In this document: one piece after another, positions 24,961 to 34,457 of the stretch
Numbering within the stretch: position 1 is the first letter of the stretch
Layout of the letters: each line of letters opens with the position of its first letter
IMG/VR virus record: IMGVR_UViG_3300045988_131014
Coordinates: 32,001-96,000 of that record
Source: a virus
Length of the DNA stretch: 64,000 nt
Strand: one strand, 5' to 3'
The notes under the pieces: generated by a model
Seen by the model: only the letters and a program-made list of their open reading frames with translations
Database searches by the model: none
What the model was told of the DNA's origin: nothing
Position numbers and translations under genes: made by a program

Positions 24961-25722
24961 ATGAGATATGGTAGAAAAGGTTTTGATTTTGGCGATTTTG
25001 AAATAACAAAACGGGAAATCTTGGCTAGTATTTCTATCATTGCAGTTATGATTCTGTTTGATATTCTGATTTCTTCCAAGATTTCAGAATACCAAATGGA
25101 TAAAAATGAAATTTATAACAAAGCTGTTAAGATAGAAAGTCAAGAAATGTTCCAATATGGAATGGATACAAATGTTGGTAATGCGTTTGTATATGGTGAC
25201 TTGAAAGCAGTTGATACAGTTACATATCCTGAAATTAGTGGGGAATATATGTATGTAGAAAAAGTCAAAGAGCGATATACGATGCATACAAGAGTTGTTA
25301 CATATACAACGGGTAGTGGAAAAACAAGACGAACTCATACAAGAACAGAAACATATTGGACTTGGGATAGAGTTGGAAGTGAAGATATTAAGTGTAAAAA
25401 AGTATCATTTTGTGGAGTAAATTTCACAAGTAATAAAATTGATTTACCTGGTACTGGTTATATTGACACTATCAAGGAATCAAGTCATGTAAGGTATAAG
25501 TATTATGGTGTTGGTACTGAATATAAAGGAACAATTTTTACAGATTTGAGAGATAAAACCATTTCTGATAACACATCATTTTATAATAATTCAACTATTG
25601 ATGAGACGATAGAAAGGCTAGAATCTGATTTTCCAATTATTATTTTCTGGATCTTTTGGGTTATTTTAATTGGTGGAATGGTATTTGGTTTCTATTATTT
25701 AGATAATAGATGGTTGGATTAG
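24961..25722 (+). CDS. membrane protein with N- and C-terminal TM segments (partner of LemA)
   Basis: Hydrophobic segments ILASISIIAVMILFDILI and FPIIIFWIFWVILIGGMVFGFYY; abuts lemA. Confidence 0.55.
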   Translation: MRYGRKGFDFGDFEITKREILASISIIAVMILFDILISSKISEYQMDKNEIYNKAVKIESQEMFQYGMDTNVGNAFVYGDLKAVDTVTYPEISGEYMYVEKVKERYTMHTRVVTYTTGSGKTRRTHTRTETYWTWDRVGSEDIKCKKVSFCGVNFTSNKIDLPGTGYIDTIKESSHVRYKYYGVGTEYKGTIFTDLRDKTISDNTSFYNNSTIDETIERLESDFPIIIFWIFWVILIGGMVFGFYYLDNRWLD

Positions 25723-25750
25723 GATTTTTTCAAGTGAGGTTAAAGGATAA

Positions 25751-25963
25751 ATGGACAAAGAAATTAAAAATAAATTAATTGAATGGGTAAAGAACAATTA
25801 TAGCCCAAAGGTGTGTGGGTATACAGAAATGAGATCTTCTGGGAATGAATCTGATGTATTTTGTGATGGATATGATTGTGGTATATCAAACGCTGCATAT
25901 GAAATTGGTTGTATTCTTGGTATGGAATTAAAAGAACCTGAAGAGCAGGACTATGGCTTCTAA
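25751..25963 (+). CDS. hypothetical protein
   Basis: ORF with AAAGGA RBS. Confidence 0.5.
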   Translation: MDKEIKNKLIEWVKNNYSPKVCGYTEMRSSGNESDVFCDGYDCGISNAAYEIGCILGMELKEPEEQDYGF

Positions 25964-26011
25964 AATTTTAAATGAATTTTTTCTTTCCCTTGGATAGATT
26001 GGAGGTATTAT

Positions 26012-26200
26012 ATGCCTTTTACAGTAGATTTTAGTTCAATAAGAACAGTTAGAGTTCACAAAGAACAATTTGACGCAATAGACAATAAAGCAAATGTCGT
26101 AATGATTACTTGCATTGAGGACGGAAGAGTTATTCCATTCAATAGAGCTGATAGCGAAAAAGATAAAATTGATAGATTGAACAGGAATAGTGGAGAATAA
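26012..26200 (+). CDS. hypothetical protein
   Basis: GGAGG RBS. Confidence 0.5.
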   Translation: MPFTVDFSSIRTVRVHKEQFDAIDNKANVVMITCIEDGRVIPFNRADSEKDKIDRLNRNSGE

Positions 26201-26204
26201 CATT

Positions 26205-26939
26205 ATGGATAATTTAACACGTAGAGAAGAAGTAAATCTTCATGAAGCAATTCAGAAATCTTTTCCTAAAATTCTTATCAAGGATCTAACAGAACATGAA
26301 AGAATCTGTCCTGTCTGTAATGGTCTTGGTATGATCATTGAAAACAATATTTATGGAATCAAAGGTGACAAGTCCGAAGCTGCGAAACGAGAACCCTTCC
26401 CATATAAGCATCAAGCACTTTCATTTTGTCAGAGTTGTTTTAATGGAGTACAGAGATTATGTCCTTATTGTGAACAGCCTTATAAGAATCAGGGATATAT
26501 GCATTGTGATTGTGAAGGACAAAAGAAAGCTGATGAAGAAGAGAGAATAAAGAAGTGGAATGAGAAAGTAGCAAATGCAGTAGCTGTTGATGAAAAAGAT
26601 GTAGATACAATGCTGTACTGTGAGGAATTTGACGAGTATTACGACACTGTTGATGATTTCTTTGACGATTATGCATGTAATCATGAAGAAGATGATAATG
26701 AAAGACCTGTACGATTATGGGTATGTAGCGTAGAGAAGATTTATATTGATGCTGATAATGTAGCTGATAATGCTTGTGAAGATCTACATGAAGATGCTTA
26801 TGAACAATGCGATATTGGTGGTCTGCAAACTCTGTTAGATGGCTGGTGCGAAGCTCAAACAGGAACTACTACATATTATCCTTGTTATGAAAAATATGTA
26901 GAAATTGATTGGGGTAAATATGAAGATTGTAGCAGGTAA
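26205..26939 (+). CDS. hypothetical zinc-finger protein with acidic C-terminal half
   Basis: CPVCNGLGM, CQSCFNG and CPYCEQ motifs; ATG 26205 follows GGAG in the preceding stop region. Confidence 0.55.
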   Translation: MDNLTRREEVNLHEAIQKSFPKILIKDLTEHERICPVCNGLGMIIENNIYGIKGDKSEAAKREPFPYKHQALSFCQSCFNGVQRLCPYCEQPYKNQGYMHCDCEGQKKADEEERIKKWNEKVANAVAVDEKDVDTMLYCEEFDEYYDTVDDFFDDYACNHEEDDNERPVRLWVCSVEKIYIDADNVADNACEDLHEDAYEQCDIGGLQTLLDGWCEAQTGTTTYYPCYEKYVEIDWGKYEDCSR

Positions 26940-27234
26940 TTATTTCGGTAAAAATATTCAGTTTGTATGTAGATGCTGCAACTGTGTATATGAAGTTGAA
27001 TCAAAGGATGATTGGAATGTTCAGATGATATTTCCTAACTATTATAGTTTTAAATATAAAGTTCCTGAATATGGAGTAACTTGTCCTAATTGTGGTCATG
27101 AAGAATATCTTGGTTGCGATCAAGATGACTTGATAGGAACTGAATCTGAAAACCTACACTGTCCTTGGATTCCATTATTAAAGAAGAGAGCAGATTGGAA
27201 TGAACGATATAGGGTTGAGCCAATAAGAGAATAA
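26920..27234 (+). CDS. hypothetical zinc-ribbon protein
   Basis: CRCCNCVYE..CPNCGHEEY; ATG 26920 overlaps the preceding gene end. Confidence 0.5.
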   Translation: MKIVAGNYFGKNIQFVCRCCNCVYEVESKDDWNVQMIFPNYYSFKYKVPEYGVTCPNCGHEEYLGCDQDDLIGTESENLHCPWIPLLKKRADWNERYRVEPIRE

Positions 27235-27253
27235 GTATTTGTGAGGTGAGTAG

Positions 27254-27478
27254 ATGAGAGCATACAAATGTGATGTTTGTGGTAAGTATTGTGAAGATTG
27301 TTTTGAAATTAAGGATGATACATTTGATGTCTTCCCATCAGATTTCGTTGACAGAGGACAATATGATAAAAAAAAGGTGGAAGTACGAGATTTGTGTTCT
27401 GAATGTTATGTAGATATTAAAAATTATATTCATAACAAAGTATTCAATAGGTTTAAGAAAGAGGAAGAATCGAAGTAA
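27254..27478 (+). CDS. hypothetical zinc-ribbon protein
   Basis: YKCDVCGKYC..CSECY; GAGGTGA RBS. Confidence 0.55.
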   Translation: MRAYKCDVCGKYCEDCFEIKDDTFDVFPSDFVDRGQYDKKKVEVRDLCSECYVDIKNYIHNKVFNRFKKEEESK

Positions 27479-27514
27479 AGATTCGTTTCTTGTGGAATGA
27501 AAGGAGAATATATA

Positions 27515-27790
27515 ATGAATGAAGAATTTTTATTAATCGTAGAAAGCTTAGAAAAATATAAGGATCTATTAGAAAGCAAAAATGATGAAATTTGTGATGG
27601 AATGACTGAAGGCGAAAAAAGAGCATATCAGTTAGGAATTACAAATATGTATGAAATGTTGAAACAAATTATTGAACATGATCACAGCGAAGGTAATTAT
27701 AACGTATTTGTTCCTGAGATTAAGGAAGAAGAATCTGGTGAATATGATTTAGAAGATTTTATTGAGTGGGATTTTAAAAATAGAGAATAA
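27515..27790 (+). CDS. hypothetical acidic protein
   Basis: ATG 27515 follows AAAGGAG; the ORF-track start 27497 includes the RBS itself. Confidence 0.5.
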   Translation: MNEEFLLIVESLEKYKDLLESKNDEICDGMTEGEKRAYQLGITNMYEMLKQIIEHDHSEGNYNVFVPEIKEEESGEYDLEDFIEWDFKNRE

Positions 27791-27828
27791 ATAAGTAAGA
27801 ATTATCGGTTTCCTTTGGAGGTGAAAAA

Positions 27829-28410
27829 TTGGAGAAAGAAATAGTATACATTGCAGATTTAGACCAAGATGTTGATGATGTTGTTGCAGCACATTATCTT
27901 CATAACGAAGGTGTATTGAAATGTGTTGTATGTGATCCATATCCAATGACAGAAGATGGGTTGAAAAGAAAAGACATTCTTGAAAGTTTGGGCGTTCAAG
28001 TATTAAAGAAAATGCCACCAGTTGCAAAATATGTATTTGTTGGTGGTGCATTAACGCTTGTTGCCGATTATATCAAAATGCATCACATTGACTGGTTAGT
28101 AATGAATGGTGGTTTTGTTGGTACAAACATCGCTTCGTTTGAACTGGATAAATTTAAAGGAAAAGAAACAGTAAGAACATTAGTAACAGATAACAAGAAA
28201 AGCTTTAGAGTTGGTGAAGATGTTGCATTTACGTTATTCAATAAAGTGACAAATCATCACGATCACTACATAGGAAATATTATAGAAATGACAGACACTT
28301 CTATTAAAATTTCTAATATTGAAATTGATAGATGTCATGAAGATGGCGAAATGATTATTGACTTAGAAAATATTGAATCCAATAGCTGTAATTATGTGTA
28401 TTATGATTAA
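27829..28410 (+). CDS. hypothetical protein with nucleoside-hydrolase-like N-terminal segment
   Basis: IADLDQDVDDVVA (DxDxxxDD-like), GGALTLVADYI and LVMNGGFVG recall IU-nucleoside hydrolases, but the protein is much shorter. Confidence 0.35.
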   Translation: MEKEIVYIADLDQDVDDVVAAHYLHNEGVLKCVVCDPYPMTEDGLKRKDILESLGVQVLKKMPPVAKYVFVGGALTLVADYIKMHHIDWLVMNGGFVGTNIASFELDKFKGKETVRTLVTDNKKSFRVGEDVAFTLFNKVTNHHDHYIGNIIEMTDTSIKISNIEIDRCHEDGEMIIDLENIESNSCNYVYYD

Positions 28411-28442
28411 AACAGAGAATATATAGTTAGAGAGGTGAGAAT

Positions 28443-28727
28443 GTGATTCAAGTAATTGAGACAAATTTAAGCATTGACAAAGATGACACCATAAGAGATC
28501 ATCAGTCACGAATTGTTGAAGTTGAAGATTGGGATACATATTGCAAAGCATTTGAAAAATATAATGGCGAAGCCGTTTATTTCAAGTCAAAGACTATGCG
28601 TGGTTACAGTATCTTATCGAATTGCACAATGACAGATTTGATATATGATGACATTCATTTATCTTGTATGGTCTTACACCGATCAGGTTTTATTACTAAG
28701 AAACTTGCATATAGAATTGTTCTATAA
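28443..28727 (+). CDS. hypothetical protein
   Basis: GTG start behind AGAGGTGA. Confidence 0.5.
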   Translation: MIQVIETNLSIDKDDTIRDHQSRIVEVEDWDTYCKAFEKYNGEAVYFKSKTMRGYSILSNCTMTDLIYDDIHLSCMVLHRSGFITKKLAYRIVL

Positions 28728-28796
28728 TCTATGACTCATTCGAGTCACAATTTCCAATAAAAAGAAAATCGAATAGAGAATAAGTAAGAGGTGGAT

Positions 28797-29129
28797 ATGG
28801 ATAATCAAACATATAACGCTTGCCGTTGTTTTATTAGTAATATTGATTCAATAAGCAGTAATGCAAAAATTGTTATTGATAACATTAAATCTTATAACAA
28901 TGATACTGATTCATCAGCAAAATTATTTATTCATTCAAAACACTCCAATACGGAAAACATACTAACAGAAGATGAGGTAAATCTGGTAATTTCAATGCTA
29001 TTGAAAAAATATAAGAAAAGTATTGAGCAATATCAAAAGGAATTGAATGAATGTATTAATGAAGAAGTTTTGAAAATAACGGAGACATTAAAAGAGTTGG
29101 ATAATAAGAGTAAAACAGAGAATAAGTAA
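28797..29129 (+). CDS. hypothetical protein
   Basis: ATG 28797 follows AAGAGGTGG. Confidence 0.5.
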   Translation: MDNQTYNACRCFISNIDSISSNAKIVIDNIKSYNNDTDSSAKLFIHSKHSNTENILTEDEVNLVISMLLKKYKKSIEQYQKELNECINEEVLKITETLKELDNKSKTENK

Positions 29130-29144
29130 GTGAAAGGAAAACAT

Positions 29145-29300
29145 ATGAGTAAGAAAATTATTGTAAAGATTACAAGATTATTATGCAAGCTAACACATAA
29201 TGAATTTCTCATTATATTAGATGGAATCAGCTCTTGGTCTGTATCTAAGAATACACATATAAGAGATGTGGTTTATTATCATAGAAAATTATTATCATAG
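29145..29300 (+). CDS. small hypothetical protein, 51 aa
   Basis: ATG behind GAAAGGAAA; hand translation MSKKIIVKITRLLCKLTHNEFLIILDG...; the 3' end contains a tandem TTATTATCATAGAAAA x2; below the ORF-track cutoff. Confidence 0.4.
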   Translation: MSKKIIVKITRLLCKLTHNEFLIILDGISSWSVSKNTHIRDVVYYHRKLLS

Positions 29301-29356
29301 AAAAACAGAAAGTTGATTGTAAATCACTGTTTCATTCGGATTTTGAGGAGGTGAAC

Positions 29357-29590
29357 ATGTTAGTAGTTTTAATGAGTATTCATATAATTGGAGCAATTAT
29401 TACTATTATTATTCATTGTAGAGACGGAACAATGGAACATGCTTCAAAATATGGAGATGGATTTAGATTTGCAAAACCGTCAGATATTATATTTCAAGAT
29501 TGCTTACTATGGGAAATTCAATTAGTAATTCATACGATAGTCTTTGTAGAAGATTACATAAACAGTAAATTCAATAAGCATTTTCATTGA
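29357..29590 (+). CDS. small membrane protein
   Basis: ATG 29357 follows GAGGAGG; hydrophobic N-terminus LVVLMSIHIIGAIITIIIH. Confidence 0.5.
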   Translation: MLVVLMSIHIIGAIITIIIHCRDGTMEHASKYGDGFRFAKPSDIIFQDCLLWEIQLVIHTIVFVEDYINSKFNKHFH

Positions 29591-29844
29591 ACAAATCAGT
29601 TCAAAATTTTCAAAAACAAAATGTCACGAATAATATATAAAATCCGTGACAAACAAGAGAATAAATAAATGCGGAAAGCATTTGTACAGGTGGAAGAACA
29701 GCATACCCTTGGGCTTTTGCGCTCAAAAATCACTGTTGAAGATAGATTTTTACATAAATTTATTTTCTGTGTTCCAGTCGCAAGACTGTTCAAATATAGT
29801 TATCAAAAAATTTTATTTCATATTATAAGGAGGACATTTTTTAA

Positions 29845-30921
29845 ATGGCAGAGACAAAGAAAAAAGGAAGATTATTTGATTTACCTGAGACAAAGGGTGC
29901 ATTCCAGTTAAAGGGAGTTGTATCTGGTATGGAGAAGGATACGGCATTTAAGGAAATTAAGACCAAAAGTGGGAAACCTATGAGAATGCTTAATTTTGGT
30001 ACAAGTTATCTTGGCGGTGAGACATTATATGTCAATCTTCAGGGAATGGAACAGGAATATGTTTATTTCTATAAGAGGGCTGAAAAGAAGGGTGAAAAGG
30101 CTGATATTGTAAAAGTACCTTGGGCTGATAGATTTTCTTATAACCGTGAAGGATATCGCATGATTGGTAAGAATATCGGTGTAAAGAAGAAGGTTGATTC
30201 TGAGGGTAAGACAGTTAATGACAAGAAGGTTCTTACAGATTTTGATGCTTGTAAGGAAGTTAAAGAGAATCTGAAGGATGGTGCAAGCGTATTTATTCGT
30301 GGAAATCTTGATTATAGCAGTTTTACAGATGATAAGGGTAATAAGAGAACATCTACAAAGCTTGTTCCAAATCAAATTTCACTTTGCTCAGAGGTAAACT
30401 TTGATGATGAGAAGTTTGAGAAGCAGAATGATTTCAACCAGGTAATTATTTTCATGGAAATCGAGCAGGAAAAGGATGATAACGATAAGCCAACAGGCAG
30501 ATTTATTGTCCTTGCAAAGATTGTTACATACAGCAATATTGAGGATGTTCAGTTTATCATCGAGGATAAGGCTCTCGCTAATAAGTTTAAGAAGTCACTT
30601 AATCCTTACAATGCAATTAAGGTAAGTGGACATATGGTTTCTTCTACTCAGACAGAGACAGTTGCAACAGATGATGATGACAATTGGGGTGAAGAGGACA
30701 GCATGGAGAAAGTATCTGCACCTACAAAGAGAGAGTTTATTATCACAGGAGCAAAGGGTTCTTCAATTGATAAGGAACTTTATACAGAGGAGAATGTAAC
30801 AGAGGCTATTGCAAAGATTAAGAATGCAAATAAGGCAGAGGAGAGTTTTGGTTCTGATTCTAATGACGATTGGGGAGATGGAACAGATCTTGATGATGGA
30901 GACGATGAAGCGTGGGATTAA
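29845..30921 (+). CDS. putative single-stranded DNA-binding protein
   Basis: Leads the replication module; acidic C-terminal tail DDWGDGTDLDDGDDEAWD as in SSBs; AAGGAGG RBS; fold not verifiable by eye. Confidence 0.4.
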   Translation: MAETKKKGRLFDLPETKGAFQLKGVVSGMEKDTAFKEIKTKSGKPMRMLNFGTSYLGGETLYVNLQGMEQEYVYFYKRAEKKGEKADIVKVPWADRFSYNREGYRMIGKNIGVKKKVDSEGKTVNDKKVLTDFDACKEVKENLKDGASVFIRGNLDYSSFTDDKGNKRTSTKLVPNQISLCSEVNFDDEKFEKQNDFNQVIIFMEIEQEKDDNDKPTGRFIVLAKIVTYSNIEDVQFIIEDKALANKFKKSLNPYNAIKVSGHMVSSTQTETVATDDDDNWGEEDSMEKVSAPTKREFIITGAKGSSIDKELYTEENVTEAIAKIKNANKAEESFGSDSNDDWGDGTDLDDGDDEAWD

Positions 30922-31006
30922 TTCTCACAACAGAGAATAACTAAGTGGAACGTCAGAAATGGCGTTCCAATAAATCAATATTATAGAATTACGGAGGAAT
31001 TATTTA

Positions 31007-32161
31007 ATGGCAAAAGCAAGAAAAGCGTCAGTAACAGAAAGTAAATTAGGAATGATTTTATATGGTAAACCATTTACAGGTAAATCAACTATGGCAATGC
31101 AACTTGCGTATTTTAAGCGTCCTAATGGAAAGCCTTTCAGAGTTTTATATCTTGATCCTGAGTCTGGTTCAATTGATGATTACCTTGGCGATTTAGAAGC
31201 AAATGGTGTAAATCTTGAAAATATTTATATTGTTTATACACAGTCTCTTGGAGAAGTAAGACAGTATATTGCAAAGGTAAAGAATAATGAAGATTTTTAT
31301 GAGTTAGACGATGATGGCAATGAAACAGATGATGTTGTTGTAGATGCGGATGGAGAACCATTTAGAGCAGATGCAATCGTTGTTGATGGCACTACAATTC
31401 TTAATTTAACAACAAAACAGGGATTAGTAGAGTTCTCTAAAAAGAGAAATAAGGTTAAAGCTGACAAAGATGGACTTGTAGGAGATGCTAGGCTCGTAAA
31501 AATTGAAGGTGCTGGAATGGAATTAAAGGATTACCAGACTGTTAATTTTAAAGGTCAGGATTTAATTCTTGATTTAATGTCATCTGGTGTTCATTATATT
31601 GTAACTGCAAGAGAAACAGATGAGAAGGAAACAATTAAGTTACCTGATGGAACAACTCAGAGTGTGGTTACTGGAAGAAAGATTCCAGATGGATTTAAAG
31701 GAATGGATCACAATGTTAAGACTGAGATTCGTATGTTTAGAAATGAAGACGGAACAGTTTGTGCATGGATTGAAAAGGATAGAACCCATGTACATGATGA
31801 TTATGTAACTATTGAAGATCCAACATTGGTTGACTGGCAGGCAGTTATTGATAAAACAGCAGGAAAATCAAAATTCGTTCTCAAGAATGATTTAACAAAA
31901 GCTGTTGATATTGAGCAGGATATTTATAGAAAGGAAATTCTTGGTCAGGTTGGCGAACCAGCTGAAGAGGATACTACATCTAATGATGGGCATGCAGATA
32001 TTGAAGTGATTAAGAAAGAAATCATTGCTAAAAGAAATGCACTTCCACCAATTGAGAAGAAAGCCATGAAGGAAAAACTTGAAGCAGCAGGACTTCCTAC
32101 AGCATACAAGAATGTGACTGATGTTGAGATTCTTAATAAAGTATTAGCAATGTTTGATTAA
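31007..32161 (+). CDS. RecA-fold ATPase (AAA_24/Sak4-like recombination protein)
   Basis: MILYGKPFTGKSTMAMQLA Walker A and AIVVDGTT Walker B-like. Confidence 0.6.
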   Translation: MAKARKASVTESKLGMILYGKPFTGKSTMAMQLAYFKRPNGKPFRVLYLDPESGSIDDYLGDLEANGVNLENIYIVYTQSLGEVRQYIAKVKNNEDFYELDDDGNETDDVVVDADGEPFRADAIVVDGTTILNLTTKQGLVEFSKKRNKVKADKDGLVGDARLVKIEGAGMELKDYQTVNFKGQDLILDLMSSGVHYIVTARETDEKETIKLPDGTTQSVVTGRKIPDGFKGMDHNVKTEIRMFRNEDGTVCAWIEKDRTHVHDDYVTIEDPTLVDWQAVIDKTAGKSKFVLKNDLTKAVDIEQDIYRKEILGQVGEPAEEDTTSNDGHADIEVIKKEIIAKRNALPPIEKKAMKEKLEAAGLPTAYKNVTDVEILNKVLAMFD

Positions 32162-32186
32162 ATTTGGCTTATGTAAAGGTAGGATT

Positions 32187-32879
32187 ATGGCAAGATACAC
32201 AGGCAATAACAAAAATGGTGTTAAAAGAAAATGTGGTTGTTGCGGAGAAAACCTTTATATAAACAAGAATAATATTGACGATGCAATCTACTATGATAAA
32301 AAAACATATCATAGTAGTTGCTTTATCAATATATGTCAGAAGCGTATTGCTAATAAAAGGGCAGACGTATCAGCAAAATGGACTTGGATATATGACCACA
32401 TTGATTCTATAAAAAAAGATACATATTCGCATCTCGCAGTAGCAATAGAGCAAGACGAGATATTTGAATTTATTAAAGAAGCATATGATTTGACAATTAT
32501 TCCTACTACCGTATGGCAGAAGTTGGGTAACATTTATAATGGAACTTTTAAAGGAATGTCGGTAGGTATTCCACCTTCAGACTTACTTGATATGTGGCAA
32601 AGAAAAATAGATATGCTTAATGGTATTGCGAAAAAGAATGAAGTAAAAGGTATTCATATGCAGCCAGAACAACGACTTTCGTATGATTTATCCATTTTGG
32701 TTAATAAATATGACAGTTATTTAAGGTGGAAAGAAAAACAGAAAATACTTGAAGCTGAGAAAGAAACAGAAAAATCACAGAATATTGTCAGTCAATCAAT
32801 TGGTTATACTAATGTGTCCAAAGATAGTAAGGCTGATACAGATGATATTTCAGGCTTGGTGGATGATATTTTTGGATAG
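32187..32879 (+). CDS. hypothetical replication-module protein (N-terminal zinc finger)
   Basis: CGCCGENL..YHSSCF; ATG 32187 follows AAAGGTAGG. Confidence 0.5.
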   Translation: MARYTGNNKNGVKRKCGCCGENLYINKNNIDDAIYYDKKTYHSSCFINICQKRIANKRADVSAKWTWIYDHIDSIKKDTYSHLAVAIEQDEIFEFIKEAYDLTIIPTTVWQKLGNIYNGTFKGMSVGIPPSDLLDMWQRKIDMLNGIAKKNEVKGIHMQPEQRLSYDLSILVNKYDSYLRWKEKQKILEAEKETEKSQNIVSQSIGYTNVSKDSKADTDDISGLVDDIFG

Positions 32880-32888
32880 GAGATAATA

Positions 32889-34442
32889 TTGGATAATGAA
32901 CATGAATTAAAAGACTGTAATGTGCAAGCAGAAATCTTATTTGTTGGTTCTATAGCAAAGGATTTAGACTTGATTGTAAATTACAGCACATTTATGAGAA
33001 GCAAGTATGATTTCTCTGATCCTGCGACAAAATTCTTTTATGATAATCTTGAAACTTATTTTCTTACATTTTCACAAACATTAGATGAAACAAAAATGAA
33101 TGTGTTTATGAGTCAGAATGAAGAACGACTTAAATTATATAAGCAGTATAAAGGTTGGAAAACGCTTCAAAGGTTTATGACATTGGCAGATGAAAATGAT
33201 GTGAAAAATTATTTTGATACTGTTAAGAAATATTCATTAGTAAGAGAATATGGAAGAAATGGATTTCCAGTTGAGAAGATATTATCTCATAGAAACTTTG
33301 ATAAAATGTCACCAAATGACATTTACAGAATTATTCGTACAAAAGCAGATAAAATAAATACAGTAATTAATGCTGGTGAAGAAGCTGTTGAGCTTACTGA
33401 TAAAAACTCATCTCAAATCGACAAATATCTTGAAAAGCCAAATTTCGGCTTACCTTTCCCTTGGTATATGTATAACGAATTTTTTCTTGGTCTTAGAGAA
33501 ACAAAGGTTCTCTTTGAAGGATTCCTTTCTAATGAGGGTAAAACAAGAAAACTTGTACTTTTAGCAGCTTATGTAGCACTTGTGCAGAACGAGAACTTTT
33601 TTCTTATGAGTAATGAGATGGACGAAGAAGATCTTCGTAGTTGTCTTATTACGACTGTTATTAATAACAAAGAATTTCAAGAGTTGCATGGTGTACATAT
33701 TACAAAGCCTGAGAAAGAGATTGTATTAGGTGTTTATCATGATAAAAATGGTGACATTATCAGAAGAAAAATTGATGATAATGGTGTTTATCTTGAAAGT
33801 AATGAAGATTACATAAAGAGAATAAAAGATACGTCAGAGGAATATTGGAATGTAAAAAAAGTTACAGATTGGATTGATAGTAGTGATCGTAAGGGCAAAG
33901 TTATGTTTAAAGATGTTGGAGATGATTATAGCCCTGAGAGAATTGAATTTGAATTGCGTAAAGCAAAGATGGTTCAGAACATTAAATATTATGGTTATGA
34001 CACGTTAAAAGGTTATAACACTGATGATTGGTCACAAATTAAACAATTTGCAACTAAATTGAAAGAATTAACAAAAGAACTTCGTATGAGTGGATATGCA
34101 GTATTCCAGTTAAGTGATGATACGGTGTTTACTGATATTTTTAGTTTGAGTAGTAATAACATTGCCAATGCAAAGCAGATAAAGCATGTAGCTGATATTC
34201 TGAATATTGGTAAAAAGTTAAATAAGGAAGAATACCATAAATATCAAGTTGTTTTAGAATGTGATTCTTGGGGTGAGCCAGTGACGGAAGATTTGGATTT
34301 AAGTAAACAATATTTTTGTATCAAACCAGATAAAAACAGAGCAGGTAGTAAGGACAAGATTATGTTATTTGAGATTGATTTGAACTTAAATATTTGGAGA
34401 AATATAGGTTATATCATTAAAAAATCAAAAAATAGTGACTAA
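32889..34442 (+). CDS. DnaB-like replicative helicase (divergent)
   Basis: N-terminal AEILFVGSIAKDLDLI..YDFSDPATKFFYDNL resembles the DnaB N-domain; it has a degenerate P-loop GFLSNEGKT and sits next to the primase. Confidence 0.5.
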   Translation: MDNEHELKDCNVQAEILFVGSIAKDLDLIVNYSTFMRSKYDFSDPATKFFYDNLETYFLTFSQTLDETKMNVFMSQNEERLKLYKQYKGWKTLQRFMTLADENDVKNYFDTVKKYSLVREYGRNGFPVEKILSHRNFDKMSPNDIYRIIRTKADKINTVINAGEEAVELTDKNSSQIDKYLEKPNFGLPFPWYMYNEFFLGLRETKVLFEGFLSNEGKTRKLVLLAAYVALVQNENFFLMSNEMDEEDLRSCLITTVINNKEFQELHGVHITKPEKEIVLGVYHDKNGDIIRRKIDDNGVYLESNEDYIKRIKDTSEEYWNVKKVTDWIDSSDRKGKVMFKDVGDDYSPERIEFELRKAKMVQNIKYYGYDTLKGYNTDDWSQIKQFATKLKELTKELRMSGYAVFQLSDDTVFTDIFSLSSNNIANAKQIKHVADILNIGKKLNKEEYHKYQVVLECDSWGEPVTEDLDLSKQYFCIKPDKNRAGSKDKIMLFEIDLNLNIWRNIGYIIKKSKNSD

Positions 34443-34457
34443 TTGGAGGGTGGCAGC

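Noticed and set aside
29651-29911. ORFs 29646-29828(+) and 29669-29911(+) in the 250-bp region upstream of the SSB-like gene
   Set aside because: They have no RBS, an odd basic/hydrophobic composition, and the second overlaps the RBS-equipped SSB-like start. The region more likely holds promoters and the hairpin at 29623-29650.
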